DNA of 64,000 bases from Octopus vulgaris (GCA_951406725.2 OX597815.1:87854001-87918000), one strand, 5' to 3'. Shown: positions 1-14,270, numbered from the stretch's first letter. Program-made: numbers and translations. The notes: a model not told the origin generated them from the sequence alone.

Positions 1-1215
1 AAAGCTGGGTATGTATTCAAAGACCGTCAACAAAAGTCAACCATTTTTTATTCATGGATGACTTCAAATTTTATGGTAAAGATGAAGCCCAAGTCAGTTC
101 CCGCGTTGATACGGTGTATACTTAGAAAATGTGGAGTGTTAGTCTTGAAGAGAGTGACACACACAGACTGTATGTACCAAGAAAAAGAAGAGGAAGAGGA
201 CTTATTGGATACGAACACAGCATTAGAGCAGAAGAAAACAACATAGCATGGTATGTAAAAATGCCACAGAACCGCAATTAATAGAAGGTCAGGCTTTTGT
301 AGGATGAAAGGTTGCAAAGATAAAGCACTGTGCAAGAAATTGAAAACGAATGAAACTGAAAATAGGTGGGTAAAGAAAAGAATGCATGGACAATTTCATA
401 GGGATGTTGAAGATAAGACAGACATGGGAAAAAGATGGCTGTGGATGACTAAAAGTGATTTAAAACCGGAAACGGAGGCTCTAATCTGTGCTGCTCAAGA
501 GCAAGCACTAAGAATAAACTCTGTAAAATACAGAATAAACAACACAGTAGAAAGTGCAGAATCTGTGGACAAAATGGTGAAACCGTATGGCATATTACCA
601 GCCAATGTACGCCACTAGCCCAGAAGGAATATAAGAGACGCCACGACAATATAGCCAGGCTTGTCCATTGGACACTTGGCAACAAGTATGGACTTGATAG
701 AGGAAAAATTGGTACGACCACAAACCTGAAGGCATCGTCGAAAATAGAAATGCAAAGATTCTATGGCATTTTATGATTCAGTGCGACCATGAGATATAGA
801 ATAGGAAGCCAGTCATAGTCTTAATTGAGAAAGAAAACAAACTGTGCTGGATCATAGATATAGCATGCCCAGCTGGCAACAAGGTATGCGATAGGGAAGA
901 AAGAAAAGTCGAGAGATATCACAGGCTAGCTTGGGAAGTTAATCAGTTGTAGTCGATGAAAAAGGTAGCAATAGTACCAATAATTGTCGGAGCCCTGGGG
1001 ACAGTGAGCAAAAATCTCGAGAAGTACGTGGACCAAATAGGGGCTGCAATTATGGTGGAACACTTACAGAAAACAGTACTGCTTGGAACCGCCCGAATAC
1101 TCTGGAAGGTGCTCGAAAAATAAGAGGTGTTACCTTAGTTCACTGGTAGTGAGCAGCTGACACCGCAGTACATCTCTAGCGTTAGAAGCTGTGCAAAGGC
1201 AATAATAATAATAAT

Positions 1216-1272
<57 letters not shown>
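1..1272 (+). mobile_element. R4/Dong-type non-LTR retrotransposon, degenerate 3' part with (TAA)n tail
   Basis: MHGQF...LKPETEALICAAQEQAL, CxxC..ETVWHITSQC..EYKRRHD zinc knuckle, REL nuclease (RKP..IIDIACP..K..Y) and VPIIVGALG...LQKTVLLGTARIL. Frameshifts and stops; TAA tract 1200-1272. Confidence 0.9.
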
Positions 1273-1356
1273 CCTTTCTACTGTGTGCACAAGGCCTAAA
1301 ATTTTGGGGAAGGGACTAGGTTGATTACATGGACCCAGTGCGTCACTGGTACTTAA
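1273..1356 (-). mobile_element. SINE family A, 3' fragment with (ATT)n tail
   Basis: Similar to 63836-63920 (cctttctact..gcacaaggcct..aaatttt..ggactag..gattacat). Confidence 0.75.
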
Positions 1357-1820
1357 AGCTGAACTGAAGAATGAGTATATATTGCGTGTGGGGAATTGGC
1401 GAAAATATGACCATCCCCAGATGTAAGAATATTTTAATTTAATTTAATTTTGTTTTATTCTGTTGTTGCGCCAAGAAAGATGAAATTCGAAATCTCACTG
1501 GTACGATTTGAACTTACAAATAGGAAAGTGCAAATATCCACTCTAGATGGTTCCGCCCACCTAACTGCTGTCCTGCCATACGTAGGCTTCAACTATCTCA
1601 TATGCGTTGTTTCGCTCGCATACACCTGTTTATATCTGAGTGTATATCCGTATTTATATCCGTGTTTATATGAAAAAGTATACATATTCATATACGTATT
1701 TCTTAATAAAGGCATTTACGTTAGCATTTATATGTGTACATACATACATACATACATACATACATACATACATACATACATACATACATACATACACACA
1801 TATGTACGCCATTTATATTT

Positions 1821-1873
<53 letters not shown>

Positions 1874-3599
1874 ATGTGAAAAATACCCACCTACATGAAG
1901 AAAGATATAATATATACGCTTTACCAGCCCATCCTCACAGACACATAATCTATATACTGTATACAAATACAGACACGTGTCTGAATAGGCAAGCAGGCAG
2001 GGAATGCTAACATTGCTAATTCCATCTGATCTTTGCACGGGTACAAGATGTCAATCAGATTCCTACTATACTCACCGGGAAGTCTTGCTTCCTACTAAGG
2101 GCGGAATCAGTATGAATCCTATGTAGAGAGAATTTCCTTAACAACATATGGTGAGGGGAAACAGCATAAAGGACAGCATAACTTCATATGAACAAAACTG
2201 TATTTAAGATAAATAGCTGGAAGAATGGAATGAGAGAAGAAAGAAAGAAAACAAAAAGAAGAATGTATGTGTGTGTGTGTGTGTCTGAATATTTATCAGA
2301 AATTCTTGTAATTCTTGTAAAATGAAATCTTAGCTCATGGGTCACAGTATTGTGTCCAGCCGCCGAGCCTGCACATTGGTTTCGACTCCTGAGCGAAGTT
2401 AATTCATTTTCACTCTGTGGCACTGACATTCTTCTTAATGAAACTGGCATGTATCATAATTATTCTTTCGACATTCCTCTTAGAATTACACCTCTATACT
2501 ATGTCAAGAGTTATTCATATTTCACTGTACAGAAGTGACGGAGAAATTGGTAGCGTGTTGGATCGTATACTTAGTGGCTTTTTTAGTTATATCTCATTGC
2601 ACTCTTTGTTCAAAGCTCACCGACGTCAACTTTCACAAATCTATGGCCAATAAAGTAAAATATCGGTTAAGTACTAGATTAATATAATCGATTACACCCC
2701 TCACCCAAAACTGAGGATTTGTTCCTGTTTGAAATCAATATTCCATTGTACAAGTGTTATAAATTAGCTGAATCGTTAGCACGCCTTTGCGGTATTTAAC
2801 AGCGTCTCTTTATGTTCTGTGTTCAAATTCCGCTGATATCAACACTGCAGTTCGTATTTCTCATACAGATAAAATAAAAACCGGCCAAATACTGACAAAG
2901 ATATGTAATCGACTGTGCCCTTCATCCAGATCCGAATTAAGACCCATAAACACATAGAAGATTTTGGTGCTCCCATATATACACAATTCAAAATATAAAG
3001 AATAATTTTCATTTTTCAAAATGAAACAAAACTAACGGTAAGATGGAAAATTATGATTATTTATGTATATCTCAACTTTATATATATTTGAAAAGTTTTC
3101 TCCTACAGTTTTTGATTGCAAAGTCCTTTGATCAGATCCTCACTAAGACACCATGAACACTTCGAAATTATATTTCCGATCATATAAACCACTTCGAGTT
3201 CTATTTTAGCAAGTTTAAAGTGACTTATTTTGTGCCGTAAACCATTTACTATCTCTGTAGTGCACTCCTTCCCTTGATGCCCTAAGCACGTGCTTATTTT
3301 GTTTAATGGTTAATCCAGTGCTACATTCATCCTAAATTTGTAGCCATGCGTTTTTGTTAGACATCAATATTTGACTGTACTGTTGAGCAAGGTATATACT
3401 CTGAAATATGTTCACAGCATATTTTCGATTCTAAATTGAAGTGACTTCATTTATAATTGCGAAATACTTGAATATGACATTCATCCCTTCCATTCCGTAT
3501 AGATCTTTTATGCCAAGTCAAGTAGATCAATAAAATAAATTTATTGTGAATAATTTAAAACTTCTAAATTAAACAACTTAATTCACAAACCAAAAGGGG

Positions 3600-3812
3600 G
3601 TGGGGTGTCTACATAGTCGTTCAACCTGTTAGAAACAGCAGCCAAATCTCCTTCCGCTTACACACTATCGTTTTAGAAAAAAATCAGGACATGTTGGGTA
3701 ATATCGTTCTGGATACAACATGCCAAGAAAAAATACCGGATGGTATCAACAAAAATACTTTGAGCGTGTCTTCTCGATCAGGGTTCATGTGGAACAAACA
3801 ACAACAAGAACG
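3600..3812 (+). repeat. Abundant unclassified interspersed repeat of about 200-230 bp (ctgctagaaatagcagccaaatct...ggataatgta.tcctagata...tttgatcata.gtctg...ggctaaacaacaac)
   Basis: Diverged copies or fragments near 3600, 5800, 6160, 6730(-), 6960, 12030(-), 25410, 30060, 30440, 46520, 47930, 48150, 60360-60990 and 61340. Confidence 0.75.
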
Positions 3813-4725
3813 ATAATTCATTTCACAAGCCATCAAGGGAATTCTAAACAGTCGCTTAATCATCTAAAAATAGCTAATTTCCTACAAAGTTCTCACCAGG
3901 AAAAATAATTTAATTTTGGAAAGAGTATAGAAAAGATGGGATTCACACAGCTGGAAATCCCGTCGAACGACAAAATGCCGGCACAAAATCACGTGGATCA
4001 GCAAAATCACGTGAATCGTATAATACAAATAATATGAATGCTGTAATGTAACAGAAAATTTACAACACAAAACACAAAACATAACACAACTTTTCTGAAA
4101 TACAACAAAGCATGGCATAAAAACATAGTAATACCTATCATAATCAACTCCTTAAAAACTCTGGTTACTGCACTTAGTACATCATCATCAACAACAAAAG
4201 CAATTGATACAGGAAAGCCTAAACGCGTCACACACATAGACTACGACCTCCAGTCAGTCGTCACTTGCTTACAGTTATGACTTGGTAGCATATACCATGC
4301 TTTTGCAAATTGTTTTAAGTGTTTATATAGTCGCGAATAAACATAGGCAGCCTCTCACCTTTAACCTACAAAACATTCAGGATGTGATAACCGGAAGGAG
4401 AATGAGAGCATTGCTTGAGCACCTGGATGGAACTCGTTACGGCTGAGTAGAGTGGAGCAACATAAAACGAATTGCTTTGCTCAAGGATACTACGCGCCAC
4501 TCGACTTAATGATCGTGAGCCGAACACTCTAACCATGCGTCTTCATGAACAAGCACATACACATACAATATACAGCTATTAATGAAACCAATCCGTGTCA
4601 TATATCCATTAAAAAAATACACGAAACACATGATAGAATGCAAACGATCTTTAAAAATCGTTTTCGCAGAGCAAAAATACCCCAGCACCACACGCAACAT
4701 TCACACAGTAGTATTAGAAGAAATT

Positions 4726-4925
4726 AGGGCGGCGAACTGGCAGAACGTTAGCATGCATTTTGCCCGTCTTTACGTTTTGAGTTCAAATTTCGCCGCGATT
4801 GACTTTGCCTTTCATCTTTTAGGGTCGATGAAATAAGTACCAGTTGAGCAGTGGAGTCGATGTAATCGACTTAACCCCTCCCTCGAAATTGCGAGCTTTG
4901 AGTTAACTTTTGAAACCAGTATTAG
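4726..4925 (+). mobile_element. tRNA-derived SINE family A
   Basis: ggcggcgaactggcagaacgttagc...gagttcaaattt..gactttgcctttcatc; homologous to 39745-39999. Further copies near 2765, 25649, 25997, 47340 and 63836(-). Confidence 0.8.
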
Positions 4926-5558
4926 AAGAAACAAAACTACAAACTCAAAAACGATATTTAGGTCCAAGATAACACATTCGGTAAAAAAAGACAGACCAAA
5001 CCGTGATGCAGGCCTCATACTATTCATAACATCTTACATCTAGTACAAACACAATACAAACGATGTTCGAACACAAATAGGACACAATAGCATTAAAAAT
5101 GTTTGTATTTAAAATTAAAACTCAGCGAAGAGAAACACAATAGCCGTGTGTGTGCCACTACGAATCTCATTAACCATCCTACCAGACTACGCACTCTAAT
5201 TTGGTCAACTTAACATGTTCTCAAACACACCATCATTGGAAGAGACTTCAATATGCACACAGCACTTCCAAGGACATATGCAATCTCACACGCCGAAGAC
5301 GTCACAATTGCTTCCTCCTGCCACTTCGCAGACATAGTTGCACAACTACTCCAATTCTAGATCAACGACCTAGAAAGCTGACTCTTTCATAGAACTCTGA
5401 ATAGCACATTTCGAAACCGCTATTTCTCTTCTCAATAACTACGCAAAAAGATCAAGTATACCCAACCACTAACCCAAACAACATACCTCATACACAGACA
5501 ACAAAAATATTAAAAATTACCTATGCTACCCCAACAACATGTTCAACACAGCAAGACA

Positions 5559-5637
<79 letters not shown>

Positions 5638-7540
5638 GGCAGACAGAGAGAGACAGAGAGAGAGAGAGAGAAAACAGACTGGCTCACAGATACAAAGAAC
5701 GCACATAAGATAGAGAAACGATAACAACATATTAGATAACTCATGGGTTGCATTGGTCATGACCGCACGCTTATAGCCATAACAAACCACCAAGAAAGCC
5801 TCGATGCGGACTTTTTAACTGCTAGAAATGACAGCCAAATTTCCCTCATACCACACACTTTCATCTTAAAGAAAAACGACACTGACTAATGTGATCCTAG
5901 ATATATTGTATTAGAATATAAGATGTGGTGAGACCCTGCAGAACCCCCTTGGCAGTGGGTCTGCTCGATAAAAGTTTATTTAAGGCTAAACAATAAACTA
6001 CAGAGAACACGAAATACAACACTACACGATATCATACTGGTTACTTTAAAAAATATACTAGCAATGAATGACTGCCTGGTGGTGTAAGGGGTACCGTCTG
6101 TTGTTTCTCATACATTCCTTATCATTCCAATTCCAGTCTCAAACACCCAGACATGCATTTACTCGACATACTGGAAATAGCAGTCAAATCTACCCCCAAT
6201 CACACTCTGTGTTTTAAAAAGAGGACGGATTCATTGGATAGTGCAATCTTTGATCACACATCCCAAAAGACAGACAACATAGTCACGTCTTGAACTTGAA
6301 CATCTTACATCATAGGTTTGTTCTATCTGGGGTGTCACAGGACTAGAGAACAACTACAACAAAGACAACTGCAATAACAACAGGGCTGACTAGGGATATC
6401 AAAAACAAAGGCTGACCTTACACGGCTTTCCTTATTCACTGAAACTACTTACTATAACTCGCTTTCTGCTAAGACTCACTCTAAACGCGTTACCCAATCT
6501 TTCTTCTACGCCTGTATACATCTGGTTTCCTGCTATGCAAACGTTTTGCTATCAACTATCGACTTTCAAGATTTTAAACTGAACATTAACCGTTATTTCC
6601 ACCCAGTTGTATGTATCCAGCAGTTTAGAAGAGCACGATAAGTTATAGGTACGACTGCAGACAAAATGATAAAGAAAATTAGCAATAAAGCTTTTTGGTA
6701 TAAGTTTCATTTACCGCTGGGATTTTGTCGTTGTTCAGTCTCAGGTCAACAGACCTATTGCAAAAGGCACTCCAACAGTGACGTTTCCGTCTTTTAAAGA
6801 TCTCTAGAACTATCTTATCCAATACCTCTTTAATTAAAATGGTACGGGAAGATTTGAAGGATATTTGGCTGCTATTTTCAGCATGTCAAGCGAGCGATCG
6901 TGTGTAGTTTCTTCGTTGTAACGGAATTATGTTTTGTTTCAAGTCTCCTTACAATCTCGAAAAGGTTCAAACCTACTCCGTTTTAATCTAACCAACAGCT
7001 AATAAAGCAATTAAAGCTGTCTCAAATAACACTCCTCCATTTGAATAGAAGGATAACGTAGGTAATGTAATCTTCAATACCTCAAAAAAACAAAACAAAA
7101 AAAAACAGGATAGTCACGGCTGGAGTGCTTTTGATCATAAATCTGAGCGAACAGGACTGAGCTGGGCTAAACAGCAACAATAACAACAACAACTTCATGA
7201 AATATACATATTTTCCCAGTGTAAGAAGGCGTGAAATATATTTCAACAGATACTGTCTCAGCATAAACGATAGGAGAAAAATATTTTTTGGTTGGCTTGT
7301 ATTATGTCTTCACTCATGTCTGGAATTATTATCTTTAAAGAAAGAACGAAAAAAAAAAAGAAAACGGATCTCGTTACATTTCCTCAGTTTCGCTGTTTCT
7401 GCATTTTTCTTTGTTTCTTTCCTTTCTTTTTCGGACATACGAGAGGAAAAATAAAAAGAAAGCCTTCTCTCGAAACCGGAACAAATCTACACGCTATTTC
7501 TCACACCCTTGCTATATATATACATACATACATACATATA

Positions 7541-8440
7541 CAGGATGCGATGGGTAAATTGTCGTCTAAATTACGCAAAAATGAAAATAACATTGACATC
7601 TAATTTTAACAGATATTTAGCAAATTTACACACAAATATTTTGAAATACCAAAGAATAAATTTGATTCCATAAAATCGCTATTGGCTTCAACCACGGCCT
7701 CCAGAATACTTCGGAACCTCCTGCAACGTTTCTGGACGGTCTCCTTGTTTAAGATAGTGAATGCTGCTACATTCGCTGCCTTCAGTTAATCTTTGGTGTT
7801 ACAAGGAGTTTTGTCGGTCTCTTGTCCAACTGCGCCCCGCACATAATAATCAAGGGGCTGTAGTCTGGCGGGTTAGATGGCCAGATGTTAGGGGTAATGT
7901 GATTACAGAAAATGTCTAACAGCCATCACTGGGTTCTCCTGCTTGTGTGGCATGGTGCAGGATCCTGTTGCCAGACATAGGGTCTTCCAGCAGCCACTCT
8001 CTTGACTCAGGGCAGCACTACCGCCATAAGGCACTTGATGTAGACCTCCATGTTGAATGCGGGGCCGTGTGGAAAGATGAATGGAGGCATAATACCGCCA
8101 TCACTAGTGATCACTCCAAACACCATGATGTTGAGTTGATGCTTAATTTTTATCACTCTCAGTACATGTTTTGGAGGCACTGCAAACTAACAGTTGTTTT
8201 CTGATCCTGACAGAATTTTTTCTTGTCTGAGAAAAACCAAAGCATGTTCGGTGGGAGGGAATGTTCCAGTTTGTTCAAAAGCTTCGCAGCGTGGTTTTTC
8301 TTATCCTTGATGGCTTGGAATAAAAATTGGCCCTTTCTCATCTTGTATGAGAAATACCGACTGTCTTCATGCACTACCTGCAATCTGGAGCATACCCAAC
8401 TGGTTCCAAAGTTCTTATGATCTTTTTCCGACAACTTTAC
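7541..8440 (-). mobile_element. Tc1/mariner (DD37D/maT-like) transposon, degenerate, one end present
   Basis: Minus-strand WFFSDKKKFCQDQ and IWPSNPPDYSPLDYYVRG...ETDKTPCNTKD..CRRFRSILEAVVEA. TA|CAGG terminus at 7539-7544. Confidence 0.85.
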
Positions 8441-8736
8441 GTTTGCCATTATTCTTGTCTAGCAAAGCTTGTTGATGGCACTTTATTGTTTTTTTTTTGT
8501 TCATATCAACAGACCAGTTGTGTTTGTGAGAACGTTGCATATTTTATCAAGTAAAAGGACTACTACTGGGTGGAGTCTGGTCTTCCACTCCATTGTTCTC
8601 TGAGGGGCCCCTGTCGGTTGAGGGAAGTCTGGTGTCTTGGACATCTAGGTGAATCTTCCCGTTCATGCCGTTATTTGGGTTTGATATTGTCATCATTGCA
8701 AAGGAGAATGATTCTTTACAAGGTTTAAAATTTTGA
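8440..8736 (-). mobile_element. Probable 5' end (N-terminus) of an R4/Dong element abutting a TAA tract
   Basis: MMTISNPNNGMNG...GPSENNGVEDQ followed by HNWSVDMNKKTIKCHQQA, resembling the R4 N-terminal W-S/T-x-E/D-x-N-x-x-x-x-x-C motif. Inference from family knowledge. Confidence 0.45.
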
Positions 8737-8790
<54 letters not shown>

Positions 8791-9352
8791 GTTATTGTTA
8801 TTCTTTCAATTTTGTTTCCATTTCTTACCGAATGTCTTCCCGACACCTTGGGCAAAGAAACTCACTATACATTGGTAGGCCTTTACAATAAACACACCAG
8901 ATTCTTCATGTACAAAGTCAAGTTATATGATAGAAGAAAAGGGAAAAAAGAAAGAAAGGAAAAAGGAAAAAGAAAAATAGCAAAAAAAGAAGAAAAAATG
9001 TAAAAAGAAAACAAAGAAAAAGGTTAAAAACGAAAGAAAATTCACAGCTCAATGATCTTCCCAATACGTGGGGCGTACCAGTTAAAACAATCTTTTGTAC
9101 TTCGTGCATGGCTGGTAAACCGAGTATCATTCTCAAATAATTTTTGATCATTCCAAGTGTTCCTACAATCACTGGTATGGTAACCGTCGTGAGGTGTCAC
9201 ATTTTTTTCGATTTCATTGAGCAAATGCTTATATTTTCTGAGTTTATCAAATTCTTCTGCCAAGATGTTATGATCACAAGGAATGCTCATGTCGGTCAAT
9301 AAACAGACTTTATTGTTTTGGTCTTTCGCAACATCTGGTTTATTAGCTTTGA
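8737..9352 (-). mobile_element. R4/Dong-type LINE 3' fragment with TAA tail
   Basis: KANKPDV..CLLTDMSIPCDHNI..EFDKLRKYK..VIVGTLG..EVQKIVLTGTPHVL; TTA repeats on both flanks. Confidence 0.85.
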
Positions 9353-9379
9353 TTATTATCATTATTATGCTATTACATA

Positions 9380-9935
9380 CTAATTTAAGTTGCAGGAATT
9401 TTATCTAAAGGTTTGGTGGCAACAATTCTCCTCAAATTTCAATACTTTTCCTCGGGATTCTTGCAGAATAAGGGATGGAACTTTTTTGCAAGTCGGCAAT
9501 GCAAGTTTCAATTTTAATCCCTTTCAATATTTTAGGTATCATTTTGGGTGTTGTGCCAAATGTACCAATTACCGCAGGAATAATTGTCTTAGTCTTTCAT
9601 AGACTCTTCAGCTATTTGGTTAGATCCTGTTATCTCTCTCTTTTTTTTTTTTTTTCAATTTCTTTGATATCGGTTCTGCTATCTTTGATATCGGCTCTGT
9701 TAATTGCAAAGTCTTTGATCTTACACTGTTTATTTTGTCCTCTATAATCATATCAGGTCTTCTTGCTTCAATACAATGGTCAGATTTTGGGAGGAAGTTC
9801 TACAAGATCCTGTGATTTTCATTTTCTATCTCAACTTCTGTTCACGTTCATATAAGTTTTCTGTTATTTTGAAACCGCACACTCGGCTAACATCCCAATG
9901 CACTCTTTTATCTACACGGTCATGGCTGCGTTATT
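9380..9935 (-). mobile_element. R4/Dong-type LINE 3' fragment (different subfamily)
   Basis: Minus strand IIPAVIGTFGTTPK...IADLQKSSIPYSARI, the degenerate C-terminal motif also seen at 960-1120. Confidence 0.7.
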
Positions 9936-9971
9936 GTGCTGCTGCTGCTGCTGCTGCTATTATTATTATTA

Positions 9972-10025
<54 letters not shown>

Positions 10026-10039
10026 GCTTATTATTATTA

Positions 10040-10461
10040 TCATATGCTTTGCTTTTGCTTTATATTTGTACAAGTTGACTCCAAGTTTCACTCAGAGACC
10101 TGAAAGACAACACGTTAGAAGTTCAAGTTGGTATTATGATTAGGGTGTCATATTTTTTGTTTTGCACAAAGTATTGTTCTAGACAATGACTGTGAAACAT
10201 AAGAAAATCAGAAGTTTGTTTTAAAAGTAATTTGGTAATAAAATGATAATGTGATCTTAAAATGACAGTAAAAGGTGTTTGCTATTATATACATTTAAAA
10301 GTACTTTTGACAAATTCCCACGAGCACTAGTTTTTGCATTTCTTCCATTTTTGTTTGGGCACCTATGACAACAGGTATTGTTTTAGTTTTGAGGTTCCAC
10401 ATTTTGCCAATTTCTGTTTCAAGGTCTTTATATTTGTTCGGTTTTTCGTAGGTCTTGACAA
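10040..10461 (-). mobile_element. R4/Dong-type LINE 3' fragment, internally deleted
   Basis: KTYEKPNKYKDLETEIGKMWNLKTKTIPVVIGA|MEEMQKLVLVG; TTA tracts at 9958-10040 and 10462-10535. Confidence 0.75.
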
Positions 10462-10480
10462 ATTATTATCATTATTATTA

Positions 10481-10527
<47 letters not shown>

Positions 10528-10534
10528 ATTATTA

Positions 10535-10830
10535 TTTCTTTATTGGCCACGAATCTATTTTATTGACAACAGTACAAAACGAAGCGTATAGAAAAAGCAA
10601 CAAGAAACAGTGGGGTATTTTTAATGAGTAAAAAGATGAGGTTAATAACAATAAAGATAACAGATAGGTGATAAATAATAAAACTGATAATACTGAATAA
10701 AATAAAACCAACGAAAGGTATCCTGACATGGGGGGGGGGGGGCTAACCACATAGGGAAATTCGGGACACGCCATATACAACCCTAGAAATACCAAAGGTC
10801 AATGCCTTCACCAAGTTCTTTCCATAAACC
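10535..10830 (-). mobile_element. L1/Tx1-like LINE 3' UTR fragment
   Basis: Ends ...gtggccaataaagaaata, like the tails at 35040-35065 and 37285-37305; T-rich UTR. Confidence 0.45.
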
Positions 10831-12481
10831 GATAACCGCTCAGTTAATGCGCAAGGTTGCGTATGCATAAAGAACCATCATATTAGTCCTGACTATCCAG
10901 AATTGCACTCTTGAAATTACGCCAGCATTATGAAGTCAGCACAGAAAGAAGATAATGCATACACCTTAAATTTCTGAAAGTTTATGTCTACTGAATAGGG
11001 AAACTGTGATCAAGAGTGGATTTCGATAGGACTATAGCTCTTGGGTAATGCTTTTGTCTAAGAGGCTAGTGAGGGGGTTTATGAATGAGAGACAGGATAG
11101 CCTGATAGAGGAGAAGTGCATGAAGCGGGCTTTACAGTGAGGGGCAGCTTGATAGTTCAGAAGATAAGGAACCGAGGCATTCATAGTAAAAGAAAAGACG
11201 AAAGGAGTATCAATCGTATCGGTGTGAAAGTGGTATGGTAGTGAGCAAAGGCCTGCTTATTCATCTGAAAAGTTTGTGCTTGTAGCTCAATACTTAACAT
11301 AATTTGTGTGGTATCCTACGCATTTCTGGAATCTAGACGCATCTTTCCTGTTCATCGTCTGCTTAAAAATTTTTTGGAGCTGTCTAGAAAAGAAAGCTTA
11401 AAATAGAATTGGGATGATGTTTGTCAAAGTCTTGGTGGTAGAGGACAGAGTGGTGGAGGAGTAATAGAATTGAAGTAGAAGTGGTAAAAATGGCTCCAGG
11501 TAGCTTTTTTTTTTTTTACCAAACTGTCGTTAGAGTTAAAATATATTTGCTACGAAACGAGAACTCTAAAGCTGTCTGCTGGTTTGTGCTACGGTGAAAC
11601 TCCGCGCAACAAAACAAGTATATAGTCCCTGCTAGACTCGGGCACAGTGACAGATACTGAGCTGATTTATCAGCAGTGTTTGGATAAATGGATGAGCCGA
11701 TGGCGGTGAATTTACATCCTTTATCTGGCTTTAACAGCGTCACGACCGTCACTGAATGCCAAGCTCAGGAGGCCTTGGACGATTGTTCAAGAGGAAGCTT
11801 ACTTGGACAGGATGGTATGTCTCACAACTTTCTATTTGTATATGTCAGACGTGTTCACATCTATTCTAATCATAGGTTTATTACAATTGGAATCTGCTTA
11901 AGTATATTGATAGCCATGTGAATCGAAAGAGGTCTGAATACAAAGAAAAGATTTGAACATACACAGAGTTAAGAACATATGACTTAGGACTCTGTCCAAT
12001 GCAGAATTGCTAGCATTTGTCGTAGCACAAATATGGGCATTTCTTGGCTGTTATTTCTAACAGAACAGGCGACCATGTAGAAGTTCTCTTCTTGACGCGG
12101 CAAGGGAAGTGGAACGCCCAAGTGGAGGTTCGTGTTAACGGACCACAAATCGAAGTTAATTTCTTAGAAGAATTACTTGTGCAAGATAAAACTATTCAAT
12201 CAAGCCTAATCAAGAAGGGATCAAACAATAGAAGACAACAGAGACTGTGAACCGAACAATGGAGCTATGCACTTGTACGTTCTCATGTACACACTCTAAA
12301 TATGTAAAACCCTCATGGCCCAACTATTGACCCCGACCTCAATATTTCGAAGATACCCCTCTATCAGCAGCTCCACTCCGCAAAAATAGTTAATCATATA
12401 ATGCCGCAGGCTTGCGTTCTCTCTGAACACGACCACCTGATCACCTTAACGAGGACATTTTAGCTGACTCAACAAATTACT

Positions 12482-12672
<191 letters not shown>

Positions 12673-12759
12673 GGTATATGTATAGCTCTTACCATAAATA
12701 TGTGTATATATGTTTGTGCATGTCATATGTATAAGACGCTATGCGTTACTATGTATGTA

Positions 12760-12954
12760 TCACTATATATAAACGTGTGTGTGTGTGTGCGTATGTGTGT
12801 GTGTGTCCGTAAGAGAGAGAGAGAGAGAGAAAGAGAGAGAGCTTGATAATGTGATCATGTGTGTCTGTGTGTATGTTGTATGTATGTATGTTTGTGTGCG
12901 TATATATATATATATATATACATACACACACATACATTCATACATACACACACA

Positions 12955-13017
<63 letters not shown>

Positions 13018-13734
13018 ACGTACACGCTAATATGTATAAACGGAACACTACCCCCATTAAATGCCAATATGAGGAAATAGCTGCTTCGCACTTTCACAGA
13101 TTCTTGTTATATAAACATTACCATTTCACCGTCTCTAAGGAATGTTATAGATAATACTGCCAATTTCTCTCTCTTGCCTTTTCTCTCTCGCCCTTCTTCT
13201 TTTGCCTTCACAAACGCACATACACACATACATACATACACACATACACACATACACACATACACACACATTTACAGCCACATACCAGTGTACAAGAACA
13301 CGCATATACATATACAGACGCATTCGCTTATATAAGCATAGACGCATATTTTCTGTTTACAAGTTCTTACCAAGCTTTTTTTTTTCTTCGTACCACTCAT
13401 TCTCAATAACGCCTTCCATTTTCTTTTTATTTCATCTCAAACAAACACACACACGCGCACGCGCGCGCGCGCATACACACACTAACACTTGCTACCATTC
13501 TTTTTGTATTTGTTTTCAACTCTTTCGTCCCCTTTCTCTTTCCCTCATTCCCTTTTCCCCTCTTTATGCATACATACACATATATATGCGTATATGTATA
13601 TACATACGTACGTACATTTATATACATACATACATGCATGCATACATGCATGCATACATACATACATGTATATATGTGTACAATATATATACACACACAT
13701 ATAGATATTTATATGTATGTGTGTGTGTATAATA

Positions 13735-13782
<48 letters not shown>

Positions 13783-13811
13783 TTGTATACACATACGCAC
13801 ATGCATACACA

Positions 13812-13849
<38 letters not shown>

Positions 13850-13895
13850 TACACACATACGCATATATATGCATGTATGTATGTATGTATGTATG

Positions 13896-13927
<32 letters not shown>

Positions 13928-14060
13928 GTTCCTTGCCTTTTCTTTGGGCCAATCATTCGCTCTCGCTTCAACCCAATCTTAAATATAATTTCTTTTGTGA
14001 ATGTAGAAACGGACACATGCCCACCTATAAAACACACACACACACACACACACATGTACT
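12760..14060. repeat. Compound microsatellite field (GT, GA, AT, ACAT, CA)
   Basis: Direct observation. Source of many spurious ORFs. Confidence 0.95.
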
Positions 14061-14194
14061 TGTAAACATGTAAATAAAACCCATACACGCGCACTCGTGA
14101 CACTAACTGTAGGTCATATTATTTACGCTGACTTCTTTTTCACAAGTTGACTGAACGACAGATCACTCTCGGACTCTTCCAGCTAAAGAAATAC

Positions 14195-14270
<76 letters not shown>

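Noticed and set aside
1450-2038. Long ORFs rich in YI, HT and CV repeats (also 12469-14405, 20836-22402, 28811-29773, 57650-59229)
   Set aside because: Translations of microsatellites that lack stop codons; no protein signal.
2184-2653. Short ORFs in unique sequence
   Set aside because: No recognisable motif or convincing splice-site pair.
5160-5500. Possible Jockey/I-type endonuclease remnants (IIGRDFN; IIIARDFH near 18150)
   Set aside because: Too decayed to delimit or classify with confidence.
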